A DNA stretch of 64,000 nucleotides from an uncultured Bacilli bacterium (GTDB lineage Bacteria; Bacillota_I; Bacilli_A; RFN20; CAG-826): contig CALVUG010000001.1 of NCBI GenBank assembly GCA_944363535.1, positions 16,461 to 80,460 of the forward strand, given 5' to 3'. The notes under the pieces are model-generated. The model worked only from the letters and a program-made list of their open reading frames with translations. It made no database searches and was not told the origin of the DNA. The position numbers and the translations under genes were made by a program. Below, piece after piece: positions 28,436-38,614 of this stretch; the first letter of the stretch is position 1, and the number at the start of each line of letters is the position of its first letter.

Positions 28436-29728
28436 ATGATTAAGTCGAATATAATTAAGCCTAACGCCAATTGTTATGAGGTTAGATTCTCTAGCATCAT
28501 CGCTTCTAGTGATGTGTCTTTTTTGACTAACTTTTATCTTCCTATCATCGGAACGAATGCTTTTGCCCTTTATTTTTCTTTCTATCAATCTGGGATGAAT
28601 GATAATTACGTCGAAGATGAAACTTTCGATGCTTTAGCTTCTAAGTTAAACATTTCTTTAAATGAGTTAGAACTTGCACTTCATCATCTTGAAGGCGTGG
28701 GCTTAGTGAAGACGTTAAAAAAAGACTTAAATGAAACTTCGACTTCTTTTATCATCGTTATAAAGCAACCCAAAGATCCTCGCTCATTTTTCGATGATGT
28801 CATCTTATCAGGGAGCCTTAAAAAAATCTTAGGAGCGAAAGAAATGAACCGACTCATCAACATCTATGCGAAAAGAAAAAATCCTGAAGATTATAATGAT
28901 ATTTCTTTAAGTTACCAAGAAGTCTACAATCCTAATTTCGATGATAAGAGCTACTTTAGCGTCCAGAAAGCTAAGACGAAAACGCTTGGACGTAATGCTT
29001 CTAAATTACCGATATCTTTTAATCTATTAGTGTTAAAAGAAAAGTTATTTAAGTTATTACCTAATTTAAAACCCAACGCGATAAGCGATGAAGAATTTGA
29101 TGAAGTGGCAAGAATCGCTACTTTGTATGGTATTGATGAAGAAGATTGTGCTGAACATTTAATTTCTTCCATCAACTTAGAAAATAAACCGGGTGAAGTG
29201 ATTGACCTCGATAGTTTTAATGACTTTTTAAAATGGGATATTTCTCATCTTCCAAGCCAAGTTAGAAGAAATAAGAGTCGCAAGATGAATTATTTTTCTA
29301 GCGGAGAAATTGGCGCGAAGGTGCGTCTTTTTGAATCGGTAGCGCCGGGTCAATTTTTGTCTTATAGACAAAATGGGACGCCTCCTATCGAAAGCGATCT
29401 AAAACTTATCGATGAATTATCGAAAAATTTACATCTTGTTCCAAGCGTTATCAACGCTCTCATCGATTATTGTTTAGAAAGAAACGATAACGTTTTAGCG
29501 AGAAATTACGTGATGAAAATTGGTTCAACTTTAGCTAGAGAAGAAATTGATAACGCTTTAGATGCGATGAATTACTTATATAAAATAGATAAGAGAACGC
29601 ATAATTCAAATAAGAAGAAGAAATTAGCGAAAAAAGAAGACGTAGCGGAAGAAACTGTTACGGATGAAAATGAAGAAGAAGTAGAACAATCATTAGATGA
29701 ACTTTTAAAGATGATTGACGAGGATTAA
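28436..29728 (+). CDS. dnaB: replication initiation and membrane attachment protein (Firmicute DnaB / DnaD-like family)
   Basis: N-terminal DnaB_2-like region (YLPIIGTNAFALYFSF) and C-terminal DnaD-like repeat (VINALIDYCLERNDNVLARNYVMKIGSTLARE). Followed by dnaI, as in Bacillus. Confidence 0.75.
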   Translation: MIKSNIIKPNANCYEVRFSSIIASSDVSFLTNFYLPIIGTNAFALYFSFYQSGMNDNYVEDETFDALASKLNISLNELELALHHLEGVGLVKTLKKDLNETSTSFIIVIKQPKDPRSFFDDVILSGSLKKILGAKEMNRLINIYAKRKNPEDYNDISLSYQEVYNPNFDDKSYFSVQKAKTKTLGRNASKLPISFNLLVLKEKLFKLLPNLKPNAISDEEFDEVARIATLYGIDEEDCAEHLISSINLENKPGEVIDLDSFNDFLKWDISHLPSQVRRNKSRKMNYFSSGEIGAKVRLFESVAPGQFLSYRQNGTPPIESDLKLIDELSKNLHLVPSVINALIDYCLERNDNVLARNYVMKIGSTLAREEIDNALDAMNYLYKIDKRTHNSNKKKKLAKKEDVAEETVTDENEEEVEQSLDELLKMIDED

Positions 29729-29729
29729 T

Positions 29730-30614
29730 ATGGATAAATTACGCCTCAATTTAGACGAACAAAGTTTAAAAGAAGAAGAGAAGAAACTTCTCGATCAAAT
29801 GCTCGGGGATGAAACTTTTTTAAATCGTTTGAGCGATTTAGGTATCGATGAACAAATTATCTTCGATAATTTAAGTACGATTTTTACCAGTTTTGATGAC
29901 TATCTTATCTGCAAAAATTGTCCAGGGCTTAACAAATGTCCAAAAGACGTTAAGGGTTCCATCATCGAATTAGAATTACAAGGTCAATTCGTCGAAAGAA
30001 ATATTTCTCGCTGCGCTTTAAAAGAAAAAAATGACTTACTAACTTCATATTACGAAATTAGAGATTTTGACGATAAGTTATTAACTCTCAGCCCTGCTAA
30101 TTTAAATGACGATAAGGCGACGAAAGAACTACTCAAATATTTTTACGATTTTTCTAAGCATGAATTTACTTCGAATTGGCTTTATTTGATAGGGGGAACG
30201 AGCAAACGTAAATTAGATACCTTAATTGGTGTTTATAATAAGTTTGCTTCAAAATATCATCTACTTGCGAGCGTCATCAATTTTCCTAAACAATGCCGCA
30301 AATTGGCGAATTTATATTTTAATGAAAAGGAACGTTTTGAATTTATTTTTAATAAATTAGTGGACGTCCCATTCCTTTTCTTATATGACTTCGGTGAAGA
30401 ATATAAAAATGAAACGTTAAGGGATAACGTTTTAATTCCGCTTTTAAGAGCAAGAAAAGAAAAGGAAACTTTAACTATTTTTATTAGTGATTTTAGCGCG
30501 GAAGATATCGCAAATATGTACAACTTTAACTACGCTTCAAAAGCTAGATCTTTACAAATTAAAAAACTATTAAGTAGTGCGAAAGTTATCGATTTCGGTG
30601 AATTAAAAGTCTAA
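29730..30614 (+). CDS. dnaI: primosomal helicase-loader DnaI-like protein with degenerate ATPase motifs
   Basis: N-terminal Cys cluster (CKNCPGLNKCP...RC) and DnaI-like AAA+ region. Walker A reads LYLIGGTSKRKL and Walker B reads FLFLYDFGEE. Start taken at the first ATG behind the GAGGA SD. Confidence 0.65.
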   Translation: MDKLRLNLDEQSLKEEEKKLLDQMLGDETFLNRLSDLGIDEQIIFDNLSTIFTSFDDYLICKNCPGLNKCPKDVKGSIIELELQGQFVERNISRCALKEKNDLLTSYYEIRDFDDKLLTLSPANLNDDKATKELLKYFYDFSKHEFTSNWLYLIGGTSKRKLDTLIGVYNKFASKYHLLASVINFPKQCRKLANLYFNEKERFEFIFNKLVDVPFLFLYDFGEEYKNETLRDNVLIPLLRARKEKETLTIFISDFSAEDIANMYNFNYASKARSLQIKKLLSSAKVIDFGELKV

Positions 30615-31982
30615 ATCTTTCTTAATTTTTAAGACTTCTTTTAATAGATTATTTTCGTCTTTATTATTTTGAATAATATAATCGCATTCATCTAAACGAT
30701 CTAAGAAGTGATTATGGCTGTCGTAATAATTTTTAAAGTCTAAAGATTTATCGCGTTCTAAGATAAATTTGTTTCTTCTTTCTTCTAAAACGTTAACGCC
30801 TACGATGACATCGAACATATTTTCCATCTTGGCGTCGAATAATAAAGGCACTTCGATGACGACATTTTCTTTATGTTTTCTAAAGATTTTTAAAATTTTT
30901 TCTTTGAGTGGTGGATAAAGAATATTTTTTAATTTCTTATCTAATTTTTCATCTTCAAAGATAGCTTTACGAATGAAAGCAAAATCGATCGTATCAATCT
31001 TAAATAAAATTTTAATTTTATCTTGGACAACTTTTTCTTCGTAAAGTTCCTTGATGATAGCATCGCTTGAATAGATGTGATATTTTTCATCTTCGAATAG
31101 TTGAGTGACCTTAGATTTACCTGAACCATATAGACCTGTGATGGCGATAAATTTTTGACCTTTTTTCTTTTGACAACGCGAACAATAAGTCGTTCCTCTT
31201 CCATTAACTTTCATAAATTTTAGTGGCTTAGCGCAGTTTGGGCATGGTTCATCGGCTTTTCCATAAACTAAAAGATCAGTTTGAAAGTGACCATCGACGT
31301 CATCGATCGATTTGTAAGTTTTGATAGTTGAACCACCTTTTAAGATGGCAGCGTTTAAAACCTCGATAGCGTTTTTTAAGATGACTTTTGTCTCCTCTAA
31401 GGTGATAAATTTAGCTTTGGTGGAAGGATTAATTTTACTTCTAAAAAGCGTTTCATCGACGTAGATATTACCAAGACCAGACATCACTTCTTGATTTAAT
31501 AAGACGGTTTTAATTTCCGTTTCCTTATGCTTTTTAATATTGTTAAATAATTCATTTTCATCTAAGAAAAATGGTTCTTTACCGACTTTTTTGATGAAAT
31601 CGAGGTTTTGATAATGCAATTCATCGCTTAGATAATACATGCCAAACATCCTCGAATCACGGTAGATGAGAGCATTACCGTCATCTAGATGAAAGATGAT
31701 ACGAGCGTGCGATTCAATTTCATCATTTGGATGTTTAAATTGATATTTTCCTTCCATCCTTAGATGGTTAATTAACACTAAATCATCACTAAGATGGAAA
31801 AATAAATATTTACCGTGTCTAGTAATCTTTAAAAAAGTTTTATCGATGAGTGAATTTTTAAAACAATCTAGGTCACTTTTGATAAGTTTTGGCTTTAATA
31901 TATCTATAGATATAATTTTCTTTCCGATGATAAGTGACTCTAGAGCTTTTTTAATCGTTTCAACTTCCGGTAGTTCTGGCAT
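30603..31982 (-). CDS. fusion protein: formamidopyrimidine-DNA glycosylase (aa 1-~272) + dephospho-CoA kinase (aa ~275-459)
   Basis: MPELPEVET N-terminus, H2TH region, zinc finger CPNCAKP...YCSRCQ. Then P-loop IAITGLYGSGKSKV and EVPLLFD of CoaE. Single ORF. Confidence 0.85.
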   Translation of the reverse strand: MPELPEVETIKKALESLIIGKKIISIDILKPKLIKSDLDCFKNSLIDKTFLKITRHGKYLFFHLSDDLVLINHLRMEGKYQFKHPNDEIESHARIIFHLDDGNALIYRDSRMFGMYYLSDELHYQNLDFIKKVGKEPFFLDENELFNNIKKHKETEIKTVLLNQEVMSGLGNIYVDETLFRSKINPSTKAKFITLEETKVILKNAIEVLNAAILKGGSTIKTYKSIDDVDGHFQTDLLVYGKADEPCPNCAKPLKFMKVNGRGTTYCSRCQKKKGQKFIAITGLYGSGKSKVTQLFEDEKYHIYSSDAIIKELYEEKVVQDKIKILFKIDTIDFAFIRKAIFEDEKLDKKLKNILYPPLKEKILKIFRKHKENVVIEVPLLFDAKMENMFDVIVGVNVLEERRNKFILERDKSLDFKNYYDSHNHFLDRLDECDYIIQNNKDENNLLKEVLKIKKDLDF

Positions 31983-31984
31983 AA

Positions 31985-34585
31985 TTATTTCACCTCATCC
32001 CAACTTTTAGCTATACCTAAAGATGTTTTTAATGGGACATCTAATTGTAAAGCGTGTTCCATCTCTTCCTTAATTAACTTAGGCAAAGTATCAATCTCAT
32101 CCTTAGGAATTTTAAACAATAATTCGTCATGAATTTGTAAGACTAGGCGCGTCTTATAATGACCTTTTTTCAATAGTTCATCGACTTTGATCATCGCTAC
32201 TTTGATAAGGTCCGCGGCGCTTCCTTGAATCGGGGCGTTCATAGCCGCGCGCTTAGCGAATTCTCTTCTTTGATAATTTGAATCATGAATTTCTCGAATG
32301 TAACGTCTTCTACCTAAAATCGTTTCGACGTAACCTAACTCATTAGCTTGTTCGACGACTTTAGTAAGATAAGTTCTAATTTCCGGGAAAGCAAGATAAA
32401 AAGAAGAGATGATATCACTTGCCTCTTTACGAGAAATACCTAATTGTTCGCATAAGCCCCATTCGGAGATACCATAAACTATGCCAAAATTGACCGCTTT
32501 AGCTTTCCTTCTTTCTAAATCGGTTATCTCATCTTTATGGAAAATTCTTTTTGCGGTCGCTTCGTGAATATCTTCATCATTTTTAAAGATGTCGATCAAA
32601 GCTTTAGAATGGGTGAAGTGAGCGAGCACTCTCAGTTCAATTTGCGAATAATCTAAAGATAATAGATATAAATCTTCGTCTTCATAATAGAAGGCTTTAC
32701 GGATGAGTTTACCATCTTCATCTCTTACGGCAATATTTTGTAAATTGGGATCAGAAGAAGATAATCTTCCTGTCGCCGTGACGGCTTGGTTGAAGATGCA
32801 GTGGATTTTATGATCAGGGAATATGTGATTTTTTAATCCATCCGTGTAAGCACTTATGAGTTTTGCGTATTTTCGATAATCTAAAATTCGTCTTACAATT
32901 TCATGTTCAGTAGCGAAATTTAATAAGACGTCGCTCGAAGTCGAACTATTTTTATTTCCTTTCGCGATTTCTAATTCTTCGAAAAGAACTTCTGCGACTT
33001 GTTTTGGTGAAGAAATGTTGAAGGAGTGACCGGCAATTTCAAAGATAATTTTTTCATCTTCTTCTAACTTGGCTTTAAAGATAGAAGATAATTCATCTAA
33101 CGTCTTAGCATTTACTTCGATACCTTCAATTTCCATGCGAGCAAGGATATCTGATAAAGGTAGTTCCACATCGTAAAATAAAGTCTTTAAATTAAGTTTC
33201 GCTAAGTCCACTAAAATTTGGGGCATCAAGCGGTGGAGGTGGAAGGAAGCTTTGATGTAACGTTGGACGTTGAGCGCTTTAAAAATGTTCATCTCATCTT
33301 CTTCGACGTCGAGCGATATACCTTTAGAAGCGTAGACGCTATCGAGGTCGCCACGCGAAGAAGAATCAAGTAGATAAGAAGCGAGCATCAAATCGAAACC
33401 ATTTCCGTTAACTTCGATGCCATAGCGATTTAAGGCACATTTGGTCGCTTTATAATCGTAAAAAGATTTTAAAATCTTTTCGTCTTTTAAATAAGCTTTT
33501 AGTTTTTCGTCTTTTTTAAGATTATCGACGCTTATATAATAATTTTTATTTTCGCTAGTGAAGGCTAGACCAAAAACATCATCTTTATGATAGTTTGTGT
33601 AATCGCTCGCTAAGACGAAAGAGATGTGATCTGACAAAGTGATGTTACTAGTGTCATCTATCTCTTCATAGTTTAATTTTTCCGATTGGCTATGTTGCCA
33701 TTTTTTAGGTAATTTTGTTAAAAATGTTTTTAATTCATATTTATTAGCGAAGTCGCTTGCCTTTTCAAATAAGTAACCATCGTAAGTTAAATCTTCTAAG
33801 GAGAAAGGTAAATCTAAATCAGTTTTGATGATGGCTAGTTTTTTACATAACTTACCATCTTCCTTATGAAGGCTAATCATCTCTCCAACCTTACCTTTTA
33901 TTTCTCCAGCTTCAGCGGCTTTGATGATATCTTCTAACGTCCCATAGGTTTGGATGAGTTTTTGCGCAGTCTTTTCTCCGATGGAAGGGATGCCAGGTAG
34001 GTTATCGCTACTATCGCCTCTTAGCCCTTTAAAATCGATGATATGGGCAGGGACAAAGCCATAAGTTTCGATGACGTCATCGACGTGCATGATACGAATA
34101 TCACTCATCCCTTTGATGAGTAAATCGACTTCAATTTTATCGTCCACAAGTTGTAAAAAATCACGGTCAGAAGTATAAATTATCGTCTGATATCCCGCTT
34201 TTGCGGCTTTAATGGCGACTGAACCCGCAAGATCATCACCTTCGTAACCTTCTTCTTCGAAAGTGTAAATCCCTAAACTTTTAAGTAGTTCGCGGGCGAT
34301 AGGAAATTGTACGATCAAATCTTCTGGGGCGGGTTTACGGTTAGCTTTATACGTTTCTAATTCTTGATGTCTAAACGTCTTTTTACCCGTATCAAAAGCG
34401 ACGAATATCTTATCTTCATCTTTTAGTTTATCGACGATTTTTAAAATCATATTCGAAAACGCAAAGATGGCGTTAGTGGCTAATCCTTCCTTTGTTCGCA
34501 TGATGTTCGCGCCAGGATAAGCGGTCGCATAATAGGCTCTAAAAAGTAAAGAATTTCCATCGACGATAATAACTTTATTATGCAT
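31985..34585 (-). CDS. polA: DNA polymerase I
   Basis: 5' nuclease N-terminus (DGNSLLFRAYYA), polymerase motifs DYSQIELRVLAH and QIHDELLF. 866 aa. Confidence 0.95.
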   Translation of the reverse strand: MHNKVIIVDGNSLLFRAYYATAYPGANIMRTKEGLATNAIFAFSNMILKIVDKLKDEDKIFVAFDTGKKTFRHQELETYKANRKPAPEDLIVQFPIARELLKSLGIYTFEEEGYEGDDLAGSVAIKAAKAGYQTIIYTSDRDFLQLVDDKIEVDLLIKGMSDIRIMHVDDVIETYGFVPAHIIDFKGLRGDSSDNLPGIPSIGEKTAQKLIQTYGTLEDIIKAAEAGEIKGKVGEMISLHKEDGKLCKKLAIIKTDLDLPFSLEDLTYDGYLFEKASDFANKYELKTFLTKLPKKWQHSQSEKLNYEEIDDTSNITLSDHISFVLASDYTNYHKDDVFGLAFTSENKNYYISVDNLKKDEKLKAYLKDEKILKSFYDYKATKCALNRYGIEVNGNGFDLMLASYLLDSSSRGDLDSVYASKGISLDVEEDEMNIFKALNVQRYIKASFHLHRLMPQILVDLAKLNLKTLFYDVELPLSDILARMEIEGIEVNAKTLDELSSIFKAKLEEDEKIIFEIAGHSFNISSPKQVAEVLFEELEIAKGNKNSSTSSDVLLNFATEHEIVRRILDYRKYAKLISAYTDGLKNHIFPDHKIHCIFNQAVTATGRLSSSDPNLQNIAVRDEDGKLIRKAFYYEDEDLYLLSLDYSQIELRVLAHFTHSKALIDIFKNDEDIHEATAKRIFHKDEITDLERRKAKAVNFGIVYGISEWGLCEQLGISRKEASDIISSFYLAFPEIRTYLTKVVEQANELGYVETILGRRRYIREIHDSNYQRREFAKRAAMNAPIQGSAADLIKVAMIKVDELLKKGHYKTRLVLQIHDELLFKIPKDEIDTLPKLIKEEMEHALQLDVPLKTSLGIAKSWDEVK

Positions 34586-34587
34586 AA

Positions 34588-37500
34588 CTATCTACCTTCT
34601 TTCATCTCTTCGACGACAAAAGATTGTCTTTCATCTAAATGTCCTTTGATGAGGAGCAAATTATTTTGATTTAATAACAATTGATAACGATTAAAAACTT
34701 CGGGAAAAAGAATGGCTTCCATTTGGCCAGTATCGTCAAGTAACGTTAAAAATGCCATCATCTCATTTTTCTTCGTACGGATAACTTTTTTCTTGGAAAG
34801 CAACGCGATGAGACGATAAGTTTTATTTCTATCTTTGATCTCTTCGATGCTCGAAAGATTATCGTAACTATTTTCTCTTTTGATTGAAGCGATAAATTTA
34901 CCGCTTAAGACTGTACCTAAGACGTCCATTTCGCGGCTTAATGTCAAAGTGTTATCAAGCGCGATATCTTCTAAGATAGGTGGCTCTAAGTCGAGGAATG
35001 AACCATCGTTATCGTAAGCCACACTTGCGTAACGAAGTAAGTCTTCTAAGTTGTTTTTATCCCTTAACGTTTCACGCTTGATGTTGAAGTGGTCTAGTGC
35101 ACCTCCGTCTATAAGCGCGACATATTCTTTTTGGCTAATTTTATAAGGGTACATGCGTTTGAAAAAATCGTAGATATCAATAAACGTTCCATTCATCTTT
35201 CTTTCTTCTAAGACGAAGCGGACACTTGAAGAAGTAAAACCTTTGATTGCACTTAAAGGGAAAAGTAAAGCATTATCTAAAGGAAGGAAAGCATCGCTAG
35301 ATAAATTGACGTCAGGATTTTTTAGACCAATTTTTAGATTTTTCAATTCTTGTAAATAATCGATAAATTTCGATTCGACTTCCGCTCCCTTCGCATCTAA
35401 GATGACGCTATAAAAATATAGGGGGTAGTGCTTTTTTAAATAAGCCATCTTCGTCGCGACCATAGCGTAAGCGACAGCGTGCGATTTAGCGAAGCCATAA
35501 TCAGCGAAACTCGATATCGCATCGAAAACTTTAGATGCGTTTTCTTTGCTATGACCATTTTGTATCGCCCCTTCGATAAATGAGTCATGTAAAGATTCCA
35601 TCTTCTCACGAATCTTTTTAGAAATAGCGCTTCTAAAAGAATCAGCTTCTCCAAGAGTGAAACCCGCCATCGCCTGAGCGATTTGCATGACTTGTTCTTG
35701 ATAGACGATGATACCATAAGTGCTAGATAAGATAGGTTTCAAGCAATCATCGATGTAAGTGATCTTTTCTAAACCTTGTTTCCTTTTTGCGTAATGGCTA
35801 ATTTGGTCCATAGGACCAGGACGATATAAGGCTAATAAAGCGACGATATCTTCAAATACTTTTGGTTTAATCGTCTTGATCGCATTTTTCATCCCTTGAC
35901 TACTTTCAAGTTGAAATAAACCCATCGTTAGGCCTTCGCTAATTAAGGTGATAGAATCTTCATCATCGTAAGGAATATCTTCGAATTTTAAAGTGATGTT
36001 TTCTTTTTCTTTAAGTAATTTTAAGATGCGATCGATGCTCGTTAGATTACTTAAACCGAGGAAATCCATCTTTAAGAAGCCGAGCTTTTCTAAATATTGC
36101 ATGTCGAATTCAGATATCGCTCCGTCTTGTTCATTTTTGAAGATAGGCATAACTTCATCTAAGTTCTTATCATTAATGATAATACCTGATGCGTGCAAGG
36201 AAGTTTGTCTGACTAAACCTTCGATTTTGGCGGCAAGGCTTACCACTTTAAAATAAGTGGGGTCGATATCGACGTAATGTTTAAATTGGGCATTTTTTCG
36301 ATAAGCATCACCTAATGACCATCTTGGATTAGTGATGAGTTTAGATAAAGTATCGATGATGCGGTGATCAATTTCATACACTCGACCGACGTCTCTTAAA
36401 GATTGTTTAGCCCCAATCGTTTGGAAAGCGACGATGTGAGCGACTTTATTTTCACCGCATTTATTTCGTACATATTCGATAACTTCTTCTCTTTTATCGT
36501 CTGCGAAGTCACAATCGATATCAGGCATGCTCGCTCTGGCGGGATTTAAAAATCTTTCGAAAATTAAACCGAATTTTAAAGGATCAACTTCGGTGATGAA
36601 AGTAAGGTAAGCGATGAGTGAACCGACGGAACTTCCTCTTCCTGGTCCGACGGTGATATCGTGCGATTTAGCATAGCTAACGTAATCGCTTACCAAAAGA
36701 AAATAATCGCTATAACCCATTTTAGAAATGACTTCTAATTCTTCATTTAATCGTTTTAAATAACGTTCATCATTTGGATCGATATTTTTTTTCTTAAGAT
36801 TATCTAGACATATCGTTTTTAATAATTCATCGCTATTTTCACTCATCTTATAAAGTTCGCCACGTCTTTTAAATAAGTCAAAATTGATGAGATTAACTAA
36901 ATTCGTGGTAGCGATAAGTTCTTCTTCTTTATAAAGAGTAAGATGAGCCTCATCTAAAAAGAAATAGGGGCCTCTTAATTCTTGGATGTTTAATTTTTCA
37001 TCATTTTTAATAGCGTTCAATATTTCGACGCTTATAGCGTCTTCACTTTTTTCGTAGATGATGAGTGGAAAAGCAAGACAAACATAACTATGTTCATGAG
37101 CGAATTTTCTTATCTTATTTATTAGTACTTCATCATCTTTAGAATAAATCGCTACACCAAAATAGAAAGCTTTAGAAGAAGTAGAAATTTTAGCAAGTGT
37201 TTTTAAAAAATTAGCATCTTCTAATTTTTCTTCTAAATTTTTACTTGCTTCGATGACGATAATTAGGTCGTTAACGATATCTTGTAAGGAAGATAAATCT
37301 AATTTTGCTTCCTCATCTAAAGTGTGAATTTTAAGTAAATTTAAGTAGCCTAATTCACTAGCGATGTAGAAGTGGAAGACCAAGTCTTCAACTTTTACTT
37401 CCATCCCAAGAATTGGCTTAATGTTTTGATTTATCGCTAAAGTATAAAAAGAAGGGAATGCGTGCATGTTAGACTCGTCACTTATCCCAGCGGCGAAATA

Positions 37501-37602
37501 GTCTTGCTTTTTTAAAGCTTTGATAAGTTTAGGCACGCTAAAAGCACTTTGAAAGAAAGAGTAAGTCGTCTTGATATTTAAAGGAACAAATTTAGCGGGC
37601 AT
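34588..37602 (-). CDS. dnaE: DNA polymerase III alpha subunit (DnaE type)
   Basis: PHP N-terminus (FVPLNIKTTYSF), PDIDCDF catalytic motif, HhH/beta-binding region, OB fold at the C-terminus. 1004 aa. Confidence 0.93.
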   Translation of the reverse strand: MPAKFVPLNIKTTYSFFQSAFSVPKLIKALKKQDYFAAGISDESNMHAFPSFYTLAINQNIKPILGMEVKVEDLVFHFYIASELGYLNLLKIHTLDEEAKLDLSSLQDIVNDLIIVIEASKNLEEKLEDANFLKTLAKISTSSKAFYFGVAIYSKDDEVLINKIRKFAHEHSYVCLAFPLIIYEKSEDAISVEILNAIKNDEKLNIQELRGPYFFLDEAHLTLYKEEELIATTNLVNLINFDLFKRRGELYKMSENSDELLKTICLDNLKKKNIDPNDERYLKRLNEELEVISKMGYSDYFLLVSDYVSYAKSHDITVGPGRGSSVGSLIAYLTFITEVDPLKFGLIFERFLNPARASMPDIDCDFADDKREEVIEYVRNKCGENKVAHIVAFQTIGAKQSLRDVGRVYEIDHRIIDTLSKLITNPRWSLGDAYRKNAQFKHYVDIDPTYFKVVSLAAKIEGLVRQTSLHASGIIINDKNLDEVMPIFKNEQDGAISEFDMQYLEKLGFLKMDFLGLSNLTSIDRILKLLKEKENITLKFEDIPYDDEDSITLISEGLTMGLFQLESSQGMKNAIKTIKPKVFEDIVALLALYRPGPMDQISHYAKRKQGLEKITYIDDCLKPILSSTYGIIVYQEQVMQIAQAMAGFTLGEADSFRSAISKKIREKMESLHDSFIEGAIQNGHSKENASKVFDAISSFADYGFAKSHAVAYAMVATKMAYLKKHYPLYFYSVILDAKGAEVESKFIDYLQELKNLKIGLKNPDVNLSSDAFLPLDNALLFPLSAIKGFTSSSVRFVLEERKMNGTFIDIYDFFKRMYPYKISQKEYVALIDGGALDHFNIKRETLRDKNNLEDLLRYASVAYDNDGSFLDLEPPILEDIALDNTLTLSREMDVLGTVLSGKFIASIKRENSYDNLSSIEEIKDRNKTYRLIALLSKKKVIRTKKNEMMAFLTLLDDTGQMEAILFPEVFNRYQLLLNQNNLLLIKGHLDERQSFVVEEMKEGR

Positions 37603-38614
37603 CGTCTTCTATAAATAAATCATCTAAATCTTTGATGAAAGCACCTAATTCGTCTAAAGAATTGATCTTCGCTCCGCTCGCCTGGGCATGACCCCCTCCG
37701 CCCCATTTGGTGGCGATTTGATTGATGGGTTTCTTCTTAGAACGGATGGAAATTCTAAAGCAAGGTTCTTTACTATCTTCGGTAATCGAACACCAGGCAT
37801 TGATGCCTTCGATGTTAGCGAAAATGTTTACATTTTCCTTACCTCTTTCGGTCGTGATATGAAGTTCTTTTTGCACGTCTAATGGCAAGACGTAATAAGC
37901 GACACCATGCGGTGAAACGAAGAAGTGATTTAAGATGTAAGCTGTCACTTTTAAATCATCAATCTTCTTTAGATACATGGCGTTATAAATGTCAGAAATA
38001 TTGATGCCACATTTAAGTAATTCCATCGCAATAGCGAAAGTGTGTTTGGAAGTGGAAGAATATTGGAAGCGGCCGCTATCTCCGACGATCGCACTATAAA
38101 AATAAGAAGCTGCTTCTTTACTTAAACGATAATTTTCTTTAGGAGAAACATTTAAGATGAAATCCACTAATATTTCAGCCGTGGAAGCGGCGCTCGTATC
38201 GACGATAGAAATTTTTGCGATATTTTCGATGTCGGGGTGATGATCAACTTTAATCTTTTTGGGACATTTTTTAAATCTTGGATCAGCGATACGATTAGCG
38301 TTAGAAACGTCTAAGATGATCGCTAAAGGTTTTCTTTCTTTAAAGTAAGATTCGTTCAGCGATTCAGTTTCCGGATAGATGCGTGGGGTGAAAGTAACGT
38401 GATTATCGCCGACGACGTGAATCGATTTTTGTGGGAAGTTATCCTTCAACCAAGTGTAGAGACCAAATTGTGAGCCTAAAGCGTCAAAATCTGGCATGAT
38501 ATGGCGGAAGATGACTATGTCATCGTACTTTTTTATTTGATTTAAAATTTGACGGTATTGTTTCTTATAATTTAAACCGTATTCTTTTATTTCTAAGGGT
38601 AAATTATTTTTCAT
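37592..38614 (-). CDS. nrnA: DHH/DHHA1 phosphoesterase (NrnA-like oligoribonuclease/pAp phosphatase)
   Basis: Motifs HIMPDFDALGS, VDHHP and GGGGHAQASGA. Confidence 0.8.
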   Translation of the reverse strand: MKNNLPLEIKEYGLNYKKQYRQILNQIKKYDDIVIFRHIMPDFDALGSQFGLYTWLKDNFPQKSIHVVGDNHVTFTPRIYPETESLNESYFKERKPLAIILDVSNANRIADPRFKKCPKKIKVDHHPDIENIAKISIVDTSAASTAEILVDFILNVSPKENYRLSKEAASYFYSAIVGDSGRFQYSSTSKHTFAIAMELLKCGINISDIYNAMYLKKIDDLKVTAYILNHFFVSPHGVAYYVLPLDVQKELHITTERGKENVNIFANIEGINAWCSITEDSKEPCFRISIRSKKKPINQIATKWGGGGHAQASGAKINSLDELGAFIKDLDDLFIEDDAR

